This document shows, one piece after another, positions 11,161 to 24,926 of a stretch of DNA of 64,000 bases. The stretch lies in NCBI RefSeq assembly GCF_002113885.1, contig NW_018408489.1:215800-279799 (forward strand), written 5' to 3'. Under the pieces are notes generated by a model. The model did not search any database. It was not told the origin of the DNA and saw only the letters and a program-made list of their open reading frames with translations. Positions within the stretch are counted from its first letter, which is position 1. Each line of letters starts with the position of its first letter. The translations under genes and the position numbers were made by a program. The DNA comes from Mizuhopecten yessoensis. Its lineage: Eukaryota.

Positions 11161-13744
11161 CCTGTGCTCAAATACAGTTTCATGTTAAGTGTAAAAAGTG
11201 ATAATCCATAAAAAGTCACATTTTATCAATAATTTGGAAGAATTGTGGTTTGGAAGAAATGTGGAGAGATGTACATGTACAGCCATATTCCGTTTTCAAT
11301 ATTTCCATTGGACTATTTTATTTTGACCCACATTAACTGTACATGTGTGTCACAAGTTGCTAATTAAATTGTGAATCGCCGGAAAGCCACGGTATAATCT
11401 TTGCACAAAGGATGTACGTCTCGAGTAGATCGTATACTGTATTATCTCGAAATACATCTTTCGAGTTGATTTAAAATACTAACAGAGATAAATAAAGAAT
11501 ACAAAAAAAAAATCTTCGATAAAGACATATTAATTATCATTTAACTTAATACATTTGTTTGTGCATGTTGTCCAAAAAATTTCAAAAAAAAGACAGGTCC
11601 ATTTTATCGATGATTCCCCAACCATGCAATGACACGGCCTTTCTCTAAAGTCATCATTCAGTTTGTAATTTCGTCAGGATTATCAAACGTCAGCGTATTA
11701 ACTGTGTGACAGTCTATTACTCATAGGACTACGTAGCTCTCCCATGACTAACGTCTCCGCGTCTTCGGAAGTAGGCGGGTCCAATTCATCTGTGACGTCA
11801 CGATCCTATATATATGATCCACGTTTTTTTGGCGCCGTTTAAACAATCGATATATATACTGCTGACAACACCCCGATTGAGATATAGAGCCGGGTTGAGA
11901 AATCGTGTTGCCCATATAGATTGCACAATTTCTGACCCGGATGAGAAATCGTGTAGGGGTGAGAAATCGTGTCGCGAACGCAGCAATTTTGCACGATTTC
12001 TCACCCGGGTGAGAAATCGTGTCGGGGTGAGAAATCGTGCCGTAACACACGTCCTTGAAAGGATGAAGCAAAAGTCGACTAACCAAATATTAAATGGTTG
12101 ATACATTCGACTTTGTTGTCCTGCTTATCACAAATTTATATCGAAAACTATTGTTTATTTTTAGTAATACGAAATTTAGGAGCAGGTTGAAGGGTTTGTC
12201 TCTGTTTTAATTGTGGGGCATACTGATAACTCGGTCTTTTGGATTTCTTTTTTAATTAAAAAAATCGTTAGCATGCCATATATTTCATTAATTTTCCTTG
12301 TTTTTGAATATGTTGGTTACAGAAAATATATTAAGGTATCACAGCATCAGTTTAAGTCGCGCATAATTGTTCAACTCAGATTTTTTTTCTTTTTCTTACC
12401 TTTTTTCTTGAAGGACATTCCTCACTGTATAGAACATGAAGCAACATAAAGTGTTTTTTTGTGGCTTAGAGTAACTGCCGCTGTCAGATTTTTCATATAT
12501 GTTTTGCAGCCCACCAATTAGACACTCATATTGCTGCTATATGTTAAATCCCTGTACGGTAGCACTGGTTAGGCGTAGGCTTTGGAATGTAAAGGTTTCC
12601 AGTCTGACCCCATTTGGCTAATTATATATTTTTATTTCTAACTATATTTACAATTCTGTCAAATGTATGGCAAGCTATGATCTTCATTAAATAAATACAT
12701 AATTTGAAAAGGTCGTTAACGAATATTTTACAATAGTGACATTCTTTTGATTTATATATATGTATAATATATATAAGCAATGATAATCTTGAATTTTGAT
12801 GAATGAGTATTTATACTTATATATATGCTGGACATATGTATACATATAGGGTCAAAAATATAATTATAAAACAGAAATATATATATATAAATATAAAATG
12901 TCATGTTTTAGAGGTTTGGTTGTTTGTCTTCCAACAAGCTCCAACAAGCTTCACTAATGATATATGATTAAAAGGCTGTCACTACTTAGCTAGTCGCTCT
13001 AGTGTCCGAGGTCGATACAGCAGTCCCTCAAGTAGCAGTGTACAGTAGCGTACGGTGGCCATGGTTGATATTTTTGTACAATGAATAACCCCTGTAATAT
13101 TACATGTATCAAAAATTAAAAAAAAAATAAGCTCTAAAATTGGCATATGCATGATGAATTGGACTATGTGGGCTTCACATTTACAAAAAAATCGAATATG
13201 GCTTAAGATTACATTTTTGGCCATTTACGAATCTGTGTCTACACAACAAAAGCTAGCTTTTCATGTAGTCTATTTTTGTACCCAGTACATGTGTAAATAT
13301 TGTGAAAAATCCAGTTTGACGACATATGCTAAAACATGAGTATCTGTGACCGAGTAGGTGATATTTAATTTAAGACAGGTTTCAAGACAAAAATTACTAC
13401 TTGCGTGGGTCAAATTTTGGGTTAAAAACCATGTTTTTTGCATTTTTTTGGCGTTTTTTGAAGTGGTAACCATGGTTTTCAACAGTCCCAAATCTGGGGA
13501 AATCACTTTTTGAAAAAATATTCAAAAAAACCTTATTCAAAATGTAATTTATAAATATATATATATGTAGGTGTGTTGTGCAGGATGAACCCACTATCCA
13601 TGTTTATCCGAGACATGCCCTTTATTTTTAGGGTCAAGCCATTTCTACTGTACTCTGTCTGCTACCTCAACATCTTAAGCAGTCGACTGTCAATTTGTTC
13701 TCTGGTAATGATAATTTACTGGCAAAGATGTTCTGAAAAAATAT

Positions 13745-14152
13745 AGGGCGCTTTATCTACCCTCTGACAGTGGGTGTAAACTATTCTACCGGACAGACGG
13801 TTCCTTTTATACCGATGAACATAAGGCGATTTGTATACCTGTCGACAAAGGGCATTGTATTATCCCACAGGAGGCGCTTTAAATCCCCACCGACAGAAGG
13901 GACTTTATATACCCGACGACAAAGGCGTATAAAAGGCGTTTTTAATAACCACTAACAGGGGGCATTGACACAAAACGCTTATAGATACCCTTCCTTCCAG
14001 AGGGTGTTTTTAAAACCCACTTACAGGGGGCATTTTATATACCCGCCGACAGAAGGCGCCTTATATGCCCCCTGACAAAAGGCAATTAAAATACCCACAG
14101 ACAATGAAATACCCACAGACAATAAAATACCCACAGACAATAAAATACCCAC
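13745..14152. repeat. Degenerate ~29-bp tandem repeat ending in 4 copies of aaatacccacagacaat
   Basis: Directly visible repeats. Confidence 0.6.
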
Positions 14153-16789
14153 AGCCTCTCACTGCAACCGCTTTATACGGCATACCGGGAATTTCCGATG
14201 CCGTTTAATTTTCGTCTTTTTCGCATACCGTAATTAGGGCGAATTTATCATTACAGCAAGAATATTTTAACAACATAACATCCATAGTAATAAAATGTGA
14301 TGGACAGAAACCGCTTTTACCGTCAAGGTGCGAACATTAGACTGAGAGACAATGACCTGGTATACAGTATACTCGATGGCAGAAGATGCTTTATATAGCC
14401 GTTGGCAGATGGCGATTTCTTAACATGTGTTAGACGGCACTTTATATTGCCGCTAACGGAGAACGTTTCATATATGTATATTTTCTGTCAAAAAGGATGG
14501 CTACATTGTATTATAAAAGTCTGGTGATTATGAACATTCATTCCCGCTTACCTAGGACTTGGTGTATGCAGTGCTATTATAGGATAGCTCTTTGATTATT
14601 AGTAGCTTTATAATCCATGTTCGTACTTTGCTAAAAGAACCACTACATGAATCCAAATTATACTTAATATCACAGACAAACATGCATGGGCTATGTTACA
14701 GAAGACAATTGTTGCATTATGTTAAATCAAACATCCTTCAAAATGTTCCATTTATGACATTTTTGGATCCCTATTACATTGCCGAAACTGCAACTTTGTA
14801 TTTTCATTCCTTGCGGGACTGTTATATTTCATATTTTTATTATTCTACAGCTCAAGAGGATCCTCCTTGGGAAACCTCTCAGCGAAATGGCAGTAGATGA
14901 CATTTTGAAATGCCACGATACCATGACACTTTTGGAAATACTGGATATTCGAGGAAAGGAGTCTGCAGTCGATGTGAGTTCTACATCTTCCGAATGATGC
15001 TGAAGGTGGTCTCGATAGCTATGTTGTGTGGTGAGCCAGCTCGGGTAGAACAGCAGTAAGCACCCTCGGAGGTTTAGCCTGATTTGGAAACATAGCTCCA
15101 AGGAAATGTCCACTTAGAGCCAACTTAGAAAGATTGTACAACCATAGGAGGTTTCTATCGACCGAATCGAACGCTTTCGTCATGTCTATAAAGCAGACGA
15201 TATGTAGTTGACGAGAAATGTTCCGGTATTATTTGTAAGAGGTGTGATGTTGTGTATTATTTGTACGAGGCGTGATGTCATGTATTATTTCTACGACACC
15301 TGATGTTCAATATTATTTAAATGTAAATACTTCTTCGGATTAGGGAACGAATTGTTTCTCTTGAGTTATCTCACTGCTCCGACTTTCCTCTTGAATGTTT
15401 TTTGCGGACTCTGCTTAAATTGATCGTATTGAAATTTCTTGCTTGCTTCATGTGCCGCTATCCGTCTATTTGTACGAGGCGTGATGTCATGTATTATTTC
15501 TACGACAGCCGCAACCTCTTTGAATCGTTCCTCTATCTTAAAATCTTGACATACTATCATTTTTAACCGTGGCTTTGCAGTTTTCACATAACTATAGACA
15601 GTCTTGTTATAACACAAGTAGCCCAAACTCTGCTTTTGTCATCCTTGACATCTGTCGCATTCCAGTATTCCAGATTCATGCTGTTTGTGACACGATACAC
15701 ATTCCATGCGTCCTTGCGTAGCTTCTTCGCCGCTGTTTGCTGGTGTAACGAAGTGCTTTGCTCCTATGTGCAGATGCTTTTTGCTGGTATCCAAGGCCGA
15801 TGATCCGCCATCTTTCTTTTGTTGTCCTGCTACATATTAAAGAATATTCCTTTAGTTCTTCAGCTCTGAGACAAATCCTTCTAAAGGATAGAAGACAAAA
15901 TGTTCTACAACCGTGATAAATATGAGAGACGTTCTAAATTTCTACTTTACAGAGTAAAACAGTAGAAATAATACATTACATACGGCGGGCGTGTATTGTT
16001 ACATACCTGCTGTACTCATGTTCAATTTTTGCATACAATCTACGTTTTATTTGTAGTAACATAATGGAATTTTGATGGTTCATAGATGGATCATGGAATG
16101 TTGTTACGCATTCTTGACATGGACACCACTGTGATAGCCGGGTATGGGACTGTGCCTACATGCATTTGTATGTTCTAGACACGACAAACACGGCTGTAGG
16201 TAATTACCTGTACATGTAACCGGGGAGGGCGTTCGCATAGAGTAATGCGCAAACATCAGTCAACAGCGAAATGTTACCAATGCGTAGGCCTAGTCGTAAA
16301 CTTTCTGTAGCATTCTTATTGTGTTTAATGTTCCGGTATATGTTTTATCGTCAACATATGATTGGCAGTATCGACAAAATAAGATGTTTTGGAGTGAAAG
16401 TGAAAAGGTATGTATACTTTACTCATTTGTGATCTTTAATTTTATCATAGCTTTTCTAAATCTTACAAAGAACCTCCCTTGATATGAGACAGTATTTCGA
16501 AAAGACTCTCATTTCTTGTATCGTTATCTTTTATTGAGTTCTAATAAGGCCGACGGCAACTTGACTTACCGGCTCAATACATAAAGATTCTTCCATGTTT
16601 TCTATGCAGTTTAAAATTTCATGTCTTTGAAGATCATTATGTTTTCGAATCAAATGGAATATCTTCGTAATTTATTTTATCATTCATCCGCTCTTATTTT
16701 ACTGACGTTCGTTAAATCAAGAAAATGCAGTGTAGCCCGTGAGATACGAATTGTTCAGTTTTATTTTCAGCAATGAAAGAGGAATAGTA

Positions 16790-17280
16790 CAGTATAACCT
16801 GTCTAAACTGGCCCATGTCTAATCCGTCTCATGTCTAAACCGGCTGTGATTTGTGGTTTCGGCATATTCCCTATATAATCATTGTAGTTAAACCCGGTAT
16901 AAACCGGACCCTCTCCATTATGAAAACTGGCGTTATTTCACAAAAGTTGTCATAGTAATCCATGTAAAAACAACTTGTTCATTCCGGTCCTGAAATTTCT
17001 CTCGGCCGGCTACAATCTAAAGAAAACACATTCTAAACAAATAGCGCTATCGAATGTTGAGTCGCCCTTCATTTGTATTATATACTGTATATTTTGTAAA
17101 TAATTAAGCGTTGCAATTGATTCATTTCTCTATGGTTTATGTTGACACACAGATCCTATGCAAAACACTACATTTTTGTATTTCAAAAAATGACATGCCG
17201 ATCCTGTATAAACCAGACACCTGTGTAAACCGGACAAATAATTTGGTCCCGATGACATCCGGTTAAGACAGGTTATACTG
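16790..17280. mobile_element. Tc1/mariner-pogo-type MITE
   Basis: TIRs CAGTATAACCTGTCT / AGACAGGTTATACTG with TA TSD. Confidence 0.8.
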
Positions 17281-17399
17281 TACTTTGAATGGAAATCCAG
17301 AAAAAAGATGTCGCTTGGCTGCAGTTTTCTCCACCCTAACAAAACAACTCCCTTACGGAAATGATCTACAAGTTTCATATATGTACATGTATTATCATT

Positions 17400-18108
17400 A
17401 TCATTATTACAAGGTTGGTGTCCTTTATTGATGACTATATGCGCCATAGATTAAGCCAATCGGAATGGGTGTCCGATATATGTTACATAGGGCCAGGAGG
17501 CTGGGGTATAAAAGGGGATGCACAGGCAAAATCGGGGACTTGCGTTGTCGGAAACCCGGCTTTATCAGGAGAGGAAAACCTCTCCACCCAGGCGCTGAAA
17601 ACAGTGCTACCACAGGCGCTGAAAACAGTGCTACCACGTTAGGGAACGTTAGGGCTGGTTAGTTGAACGTATATCAGTGTTCTGGGAGGGGTTGGTTTTC
17701 AACGTCATAATTACTTATAGGCCTTATTTTACCACGTGGGGCTGATATATGTAGGTTTACTAAACATACGTTCTTTTCTACACACTGTAGGTTTTGTTCT
17801 GTCTTGTATTATAGTATTATATGCTACTGTTATTAATGTACGTATTGTTTGCCGTGTTTTTAACGGCTACCTTAGCCGTGTAATAAACGCTAGTTAACTT
17901 TGAAACAAGGTGTTGACTGATTTATAACTGGGATACTCCTCCACATCTGACGGACCTGTGTCTGACTGTTCAGACGAACGCACTGGGGACATTCTTGGGG
18001 ATTGCCGCCGGCCAGCTTGTCGGTAGTTTTGAGGAAAACATAAATTACTATACGATCACTTTCATCTACCGACGCTGGACAGGCTCTCCCCACGGACGTC
18101 CTATTACA
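17400..18108 (+). mobile_element. 5' LTR of a Gypsy retrotransposon (left boundary uncertain)
   Basis: CCAAT about 17456, TATAAAA about 17507, AATAAA about 17882; ends in ..ATTACA immediately before the PBS. Confidence 0.65.
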
Positions 18109-18111
18109 GAT

Positions 18112-18124
18112 TGGTGCCGTGACC
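18112..18124 (+). promoter_or_regulatory. Primer binding site complementary to the tRNA-His 3' end
   Basis: TGGTGCCGTGACC, 3 nt after the LTR terminal CA. Confidence 0.75.
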
Positions 18125-18376
18125 GTGGATGTGGAAACGTGAGTAACGAGTTATTTTCCGATTTTATCTTTGTTAACAAGTTTAAATACTCTAGTTTTGA
18201 TTTCATGAAACTATTTTTTATGTGTATTACAGATCTACCTTTATCGTTAGAAATAGTAAGTCCTGTAACGATAGATGTTCTTTTACATGCATTGAAACTG
18301 GTTGGATTTGCAGTAAGATCTACAGTAGATAAAGGGTCTATATGTTGTACGCTTAAGCTTCTGTGTAAACCAATGT

Positions 18377-19985
18377 GGCAGGGGCGCTTCACTTTACCAT
18401 AATGGTGAAATGAAAGATTTTAGCATTTTTTCCCCCTATTTGACTTGTTTAAACCAATTATGGTTTAGATTACATCAGTTTGATGTCCTGAATATGAAAA
18501 TCACAAAAATTATGTCTGGGGTAGAGAAAATCAGGGTGGGGCAGGGGCCCTTCACTTTACCATAATTGTGAAATGATGGGTTTTAGCATTTTTTCTATTT
18601 AACTTTTTTAAACCAAATCCATTTAGGTTATATCAGTTTGATGTCCTGAATATGAAAATCACAAAAATTATACCTGGGGTAGAGAAATTTAGGGTGGGTC
18701 AGGGGCGCTTCACTTAACCATAATGGTGAAATGAAGGGTTTCAGCAATTTTTTTTCTATTCTACTTTTTTAAACCAAATCCATTTAGGTTACATCAGTTT
18801 GATGTCCTAAATATGAAAATCACAGAAATAAGGTCGGGGGTAGAGAAATTGAGGGTGGGTCAGGGGCGCTTCACTTTACCATAATGGTGAAATGAAGGAT
18901 CTGAGCTTTTTTTTTCTGTTTGACTTTTGTAAAAAAAATCTGGTTTAGATAACATCAGTTTGATGTCCTGAATATGAAAATCACAAAAATTATACCTGGG
19001 GTAGAAAAATTGAGGGTGGGGCAGGGGCGCTTCACTTTACCATAATGGTGAAATGAAGAATTTGAGCATTTTTCCCCCTATTTGACTTGTTTAAACCAAT
19101 TATGGTTTAGGTTACATCAGTTTGATGTCCTGAATATGAAAATCACAAAAATTATGTCTGGGGTAGAGAAAATCAGGGTGGGGCAGGGGTCCTTCACTTT
19201 ACCATAATGGTGAAATGATGGGTTTTAGCATTTTTTCTATTTAACTTTTTTAAACCAAATCCATTTAGGTTATATCAGTTTGATGTCCTGAATATGAAAA
19301 TCACAAAAATTATACCTGGGGTAGAGAAATTTAGGGTGGGTCAGGGGCGCTTCACTTAACCATAATGGTGAAATGAAGGGTTTAAGCATTTTTTTTTCTA
19401 TTCTACTTTTTTAAACCAAATCCATTTAGGTTACATCAGTTTGATGTCCTGAATATGAAAATCACAGAAATAAGGTCGGGGGTAGAGAAATTGAGGGTGG
19501 GTCAGGGGCGCTTCACTTTACCATAATGGTGAAATGAAGGATCTGAGCTTTTTTTTTCTGTTTGACTTTTGTAAAAAAATCTGGTTTAGATTACATCAGT
19601 TTGATGTCCTGAATATGAAAATCACAAAAATTATACCTGGGGTAGAGAAATTGAGGGTGGGGCAGGGGCGCTTCACTTTACCATAATGGTGAAATGAAGG
19701 ATTTGAGCATTTCCCCCCTATTTGACTTGTTTAAACCAATTATGGTTTAGATTACATCAGTTTGATGTCCTGAATATAAAAATCACAAAAATTATGTCTG
19801 GGGTAGAGAAAATCAGGTTGGGGCAGGGGCCCTTCACTTTACCATAATTGTGAAATGAAGGGTTTTAGCAAAAAAAATTCTATTTGTCTTTAATAAACCA
19901 AATCTGTTTTACTTTACTTCAGTTTGATGTCCTGAATATGAAAATCACAGAAATTAAGTCAGGGGGTAGAGAAAATCAGGGTGGG
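18377..19985 (+). repeat. Left subterminal array: 10 units of 158-163 bp
   Basis: Unit starts at 18381, 18544, 18702, 18863, 19024, 19186, 19344, 19505, 19665, 19826. Confidence 0.95.
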
Positions 19986-20770
19986 ACTGACAGGTATAGT
20001 ATAGTGTGATACAGGACTGACAAGTATAATGTAAGACAGGACTGACAGGTATAGTATAGTGTAATACAGGACTGACAGGCATAGTATAGTGTAATACAGG
20101 ACTTACAGGTATAGAATAGTGTAATACAGGACTGACAAGAAAAGTATAGAGTGATACAGGACTTACCGGAATAGTATAGTGTAATACAGTACTGACAGGT
20201 ATAGTATAGTGATGAAGTCTAGTTTGATACAAGACTGACAGATATAGAATAGTGATGAAGTCTAGTGTAATACAGGACTGAAAGGTATAGTATAGTGTAA
20301 TACAGTACTGACAGGTATAGTATAGGGATGAAGTCTAGTGTAATACAGGACTGACAGGTATAGAATAGTGATGAAGTCTAGTGTAATACAGGACTGACAG
20401 GTTTAGTATGGTGTGATACAGGACTGACAAGTATAGTGTAATACAGGACTGACAGGTATAGTATAGTGTAATACAGGACTGACAGGTGTAGTATAGAGTG
20501 ATACAGGACTTACAGGTATAGTATAGTGTAATACATGACTGACAGGTCTAGTATAATGTAATACAGGACTGACGGGTATAGTATAGTGATGAAGTCTAGT
20601 GTGATACAAGACTGACAGATATAGAATAGTGATGAAGTCTAGTGTAATACAGGACTGACAGGTATAGTATAGTGTAATACAGGACTGACAGGTATAGTAT
20701 AGAGTGATACAGGACTGACAGGTATAGTATAGTGATATGGTCTATAATGTAATACAGGACTGACATGTAG
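19985..20770. repeat. ~30-bp minisatellite (acaggactgacaggtatagtatagtgtaat)n
   Basis: Directly visible tandem repeat. Confidence 0.95.
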
Positions 20771-20951
20771 AGTAAAGTGATGGATAACTATTTATACAAT
20801 TGTTGTGTAAAAAGAAACCAACACAACCATGCTATCAGGGTCTGGTCATCCCAAAGAGGACAGAGTTTCTAAGTCATAACATGGAAACTTTAAAGATCGC
20901 TACTTTTATAACAATAAATACAATAGTTATTGTTAAGCATGCTTCTTTTAA

Positions 20952-21966
20952 GGATGTACACCTCTGAGAAGTCAAAAAATTCCTGTATTCAACTTTTTTT
21001 CTTATATGGATTTTTGGAAAAAGGAGTTAATGGCATGGTAGAAAATGCAAAAAAACGGTATGTCGGTGTGTTTGTTTTTGTGCTATTATCGGCCAAAGAT
21101 ACCAATTTAACACAACATGCGATTTTAGGTGATTTTTTGGGTTTTGACCATTTGCGGAACAAATTCATACAATTTCTTTCAAGTGTGTTATCAGATATGT
21201 ATAAATGTTTGTAGAATTGATAAAAATATTATTTTCTTTTAAATTATGGAAGTAAAATTTCTTAATCTTATTCTTTTAACTCAAAAAGCCGATTTTAGTT
21301 ACCCCTACCCCCTATTTTTTAATGAAAAAATACTAATTTTTTACCATTTTTTGCAGATTAAACGCTTGATATCAAAAGTTCTGGTATTCAACTTTTTTTT
21401 AATATTTAATGAATTTAAAGAAAATGTTTTTCTTTTTCTAAAACATCCATAAAAATGGGGGGTCGGTGTGCTTCTTTTTTTGTCCCATTATCATTTGTGT
21501 TATTTTTTACCTTTTTCGGGGTCAAAAATCAAAAGTGCTTCAGTTACACAAAATATGTAAAAAAAATATCAATAATGTATAATTTTCCAGTTTGTTGCAT
21601 ATTATTTTTATCATATTAAACATTATAAAGTTGTACAGCAAAATTGAACCTGCTATTATTAAAAATGACGACAGAATGACAACTTAAGTGATCAATCTAG
21701 TGTCAAAAAAGGTGAATCTTTTGCCTTTTTTGTAGCCCAAGAAATACACATTTATACTCATTTTCAAAATGGACGCCGAATTGGTATTTTTTCGAAATTC
21801 TTGTAAAAAACAGTTCTACAAGCAACAGACATCTAGTTTTTTGACATATTTTTCAGATGCGTGTTTGCTAATAAACTTGATCATAATTTGTTAAATATTA
21901 CAAAAACCCGTTACACCAGATCAAAACGAGACTTGAACGTGATTGAAACCTCAGAAGAGTACATCC
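20952..21966. mobile_element. Kolobok-type non-autonomous element inside the Ginger element
   Basis: TTAA TSD on both sides; TIRs GGATGTACACCTCTGA / TCAGAAGAGTACATCC. Confidence 0.75.
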
Positions 21967-22075
21967 TTAATGATAATATTGCTATGATTGCTTAAATATC
22001 ACCATATGTTGAGGAAATGTATTCTCAGGATATTTTATGTTTCTCTCTTGATAAGGGTTCTTATTTACTTTTTAG

Positions 22076-24172
22076 GTTAATTCCAAAAATGGAAAGAACA
22101 ACTTCAGAAGGAAAATTAAGCCTTATTTCCTTGAAGATGGCACACTTTTCTTCAATCATAGATCACTTGGTGCCTTAAGAGTTATTAAGGAACATTATCA
22201 GGATGCAATTTTAAGAGGATGCCATTCCAGCAATCCATCGGGTCATCAAGGAGTAAATAGAACTGGGAAAAAAATTGCAGAAAGATACTTTTGGCCTGGT
22301 ATGACCAGTGACATCAGAGAATTCATCAGATGTTGTGATGAATGTCAGCGTCAGAACAACTTGAGAAAGATCTCTGCACCACTCCATCCGACTCAGGTCA
22401 AAGACGAAGCATTGGCTATGGTTGGCATGGATTTAGTTGGACCTCTGCATGAGACAGAGAATGGCAACAAATACATAGCTGTACTGAGGGAGTATTTTAC
22501 AAAATGGCCAGAAGTTAAGGCAATCCCAGACAAGTCAGCAGTACAGATAGCAGAGATCATAACAGAGATCATCTGCCGTGATGGAACGCCAAAAACAATA
22601 CTTACAGACCAAGGCAGGGAATTTTGTAATGCAGTTGTGCCAGCGTTTAAACATAGACCACAAAGTGACAGCAGCCTACCATCCCCAGATCAATGGTTTA
22701 ACAGAACGCTATAACAAGACACTTTGTGATTCATTAGTAAAATATGTGAATGAAGAGCAGAACAACTGGGACAAATATCTACAAATGGTTGCATTTGCTA
22801 CAAGAACTTGCGTCCAACGCTCTACAAAACAGACTCCTTTTTACTAGTTAGAACGGCTGTTCTTCCAATTCAACTGGACATCCCCACATCATTGGGTGAA
22901 CCGTCAGACACCTTGTCAAATGAAGACTGGGAAGAAGTGATCACAGACAGAACAACATAATTTGTCCAACTCTTAAAAGTCAGAGAAAAGGCCATATCTT
23001 CCATAGCTGATGCTCAGAGGAAGCAGAAGACATATTATGACAGAAATCAGAAGAAAATGCCACTTCAGCTAGGTGATCAAGTTCTCATAAAAAATCCAAA
23101 AAGGCACAACAGAAAAGGAGACAAGATGGCCAAGAGTTTACTGGACAATACAAAGTGATTGAAGTTAAAAGGAAAAGGTGTGTATAAGCTAGAAGGCAGG
23201 AAGGCTTCACAGAACATTCAAAACTTGCGCAAGTACATCACACCTAAGAAGTCTCCCAAGATACCTACAAATACACCTACCATGGTTGCTGCCAGTGGGA
23301 AAAGTCTTGTACCACTGATCAACATCAAAACCAGGATCCCTGCCTGCGGAAAACCATCACGTTCGCTGCCTTCTTTCCGCGGAAATTCAGAGCAGGAAAG
23401 GGTCACCGCTAAACGATCCTTAAAAACCTCCATCAAGATCCCTTCAAGTGAAAAGACAAGAGAAAAGGGAAAAATGAAGAAGCCAAATCACACTCTGCAT
23501 GATATCAGACAGAAAGATTCCCACAAAAAAACCTCCAAATACCCCCAAAAAGACTCCAGACCAGATAAACTCCAGAAAGACAGAACCCAGTATCAACAAG
23601 AAACCTGCAGTAAAGACCCTCCCCAGCAGAATAGATTCATAAGGAAAGATGAAAAGACAGACACCCCTTTGATCACTTTCCTCAACGAGATGCCACACTC
23701 CCAGATCAAAGACCTCATCAAGAGATGCTCATCGTATCATCTGCTCAAACCAAACAACATTTCTAGTATGGTTTTAGAATCAGGCCAATCGCCAACACCG
23801 TCTTTGTATTTGAAACATCAGCAACAATCCCAAGAGGACAGGTGTGTCCAGTTTCTTTCAAGACTATCGTGGTGATAGTCTTGAAAGAAACTGGACACAC
23901 CTGTCCTCTTGGGATTTGCTATTATCAGCCCATATGATGTGGTGCCAGGACTGATGGTTGCTTCTTCAGTTGTGCTTGAGTGCCTCAATCAAAAGTCAGA
24001 TCCAGATTCGGTCATAGATACACTTAAAACACTGCCTTTAACTACACCAAAGCTAAAACGAAAAATGCCACTTCTATCGAGATTGACCCGTGGACGGTTA
24101 GGAATAGGGACTACGCAGCTAACAAAGGAAGATTTCAAAACCTTAGCACCAAGGAAATGGGTCAATGGCCAG
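22076..24172 (+). pseudogene. Ginger1 integrase exon: HHCC zinc finger, DDE core, GPY/F-like motif, linker, start of Ulp1
   Basis: CHSSNPSGHQG..YFWPGM..CDEC; GMDLVGPL; ILTDQGREF; YHPQINGLTERYNKTL; FTGQYKV. Frameshifts near 22635 and 23140, stops near 22845 and 22958; begins at an AG acceptor. Confidence 0.85.
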
Positions 24173-24926
24173 GTAAGAACAAATGTGACATGAAAGATTG
24201 TAATTTGAAAACCAAATATAATGATAAAATCTCCATGCGTAGATCAAATCACTCATAAAGTTGTAATCAGTTTGCTAAAATACATGCTTTTTGCTTAAAT
24301 AATAATCACATTTGGTCCCATAAGCACATAGTGTAGGTGACCACCATACCGAGTGAAAAGTACTATTATTCTTTATTTTAATGGTTTGAACGGTTTTCAT
24401 TAATACACAGATATACATATCAATTGATAAATCTATTGAGGAGTTGTAAATCTGTCTGAACATGTTTTAAAATTAAACAAACACATTACACAAATAATAT
24501 AATGCACATTTTCATAATTTAATGGATTTCTTAATAACCTTTTTCACTTTGATTTACAAATGAATTTAAGAAAAACACAACATAAAAATGTGTAATCGAA
24601 CCTATCTATTAAAAATGGATTACTTTATTTCATAACTCATATAGTTTCAACCTTTTGATTACAACCGTGGTCTTCAAATATCAGATATTCCTGTTTTACT
24701 TTGATATCTTACTTAATGGCTGAATTATCTCAGGATTAAACAATTAATACCATATTTAATACTGTAATTTATTATTTGATAAAAACAATGCAACAGTATT
24801 TCATGATTTTTATACAATTCCTAGACCAAATATGACAATCTTATTTCATTCCTAGATCAAATATGACACTCTTATTTCATTTTCCAAATAATAAAAACGG
24901 ATGAACTCTCAATCCTTTTTGTTCGG

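Larger units (their letters stand above)
612..12047. mobile_element. 11.4-kb TIR DNA element with TGT..ACA ends and a 6-bp TSD, unclassified
   Basis: 56-bp TIRs (612-667 / 11992-12047, 1 mismatch); TSD CACGTC at 606-611 and 12048-12053; extra GAGAAATCGTG motif copies at 11897-12040. Confidence 0.85.

Noticed and set aside
12555-12612. tRNA-like A/B-box sequence
   Set aside because: Cannot be folded into a cloverleaf; at most a decayed SINE head
13043-13650. Possible TA-flanked MITE (cagtag..ctactg)
   Set aside because: The inverted match is too short to support a call
19954-20609. ORFs with PVSPVLHYTI repeats
   Set aside because: Translations of the 30-bp minisatellite
22076-23200. Integrase as the pol of the surrounding Gypsy element
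   Set aside because: It lies upstream of gag, starts at a splice acceptor, has no RT or RNase H, and is bracketed by inverted arrays; this fits Ginger1
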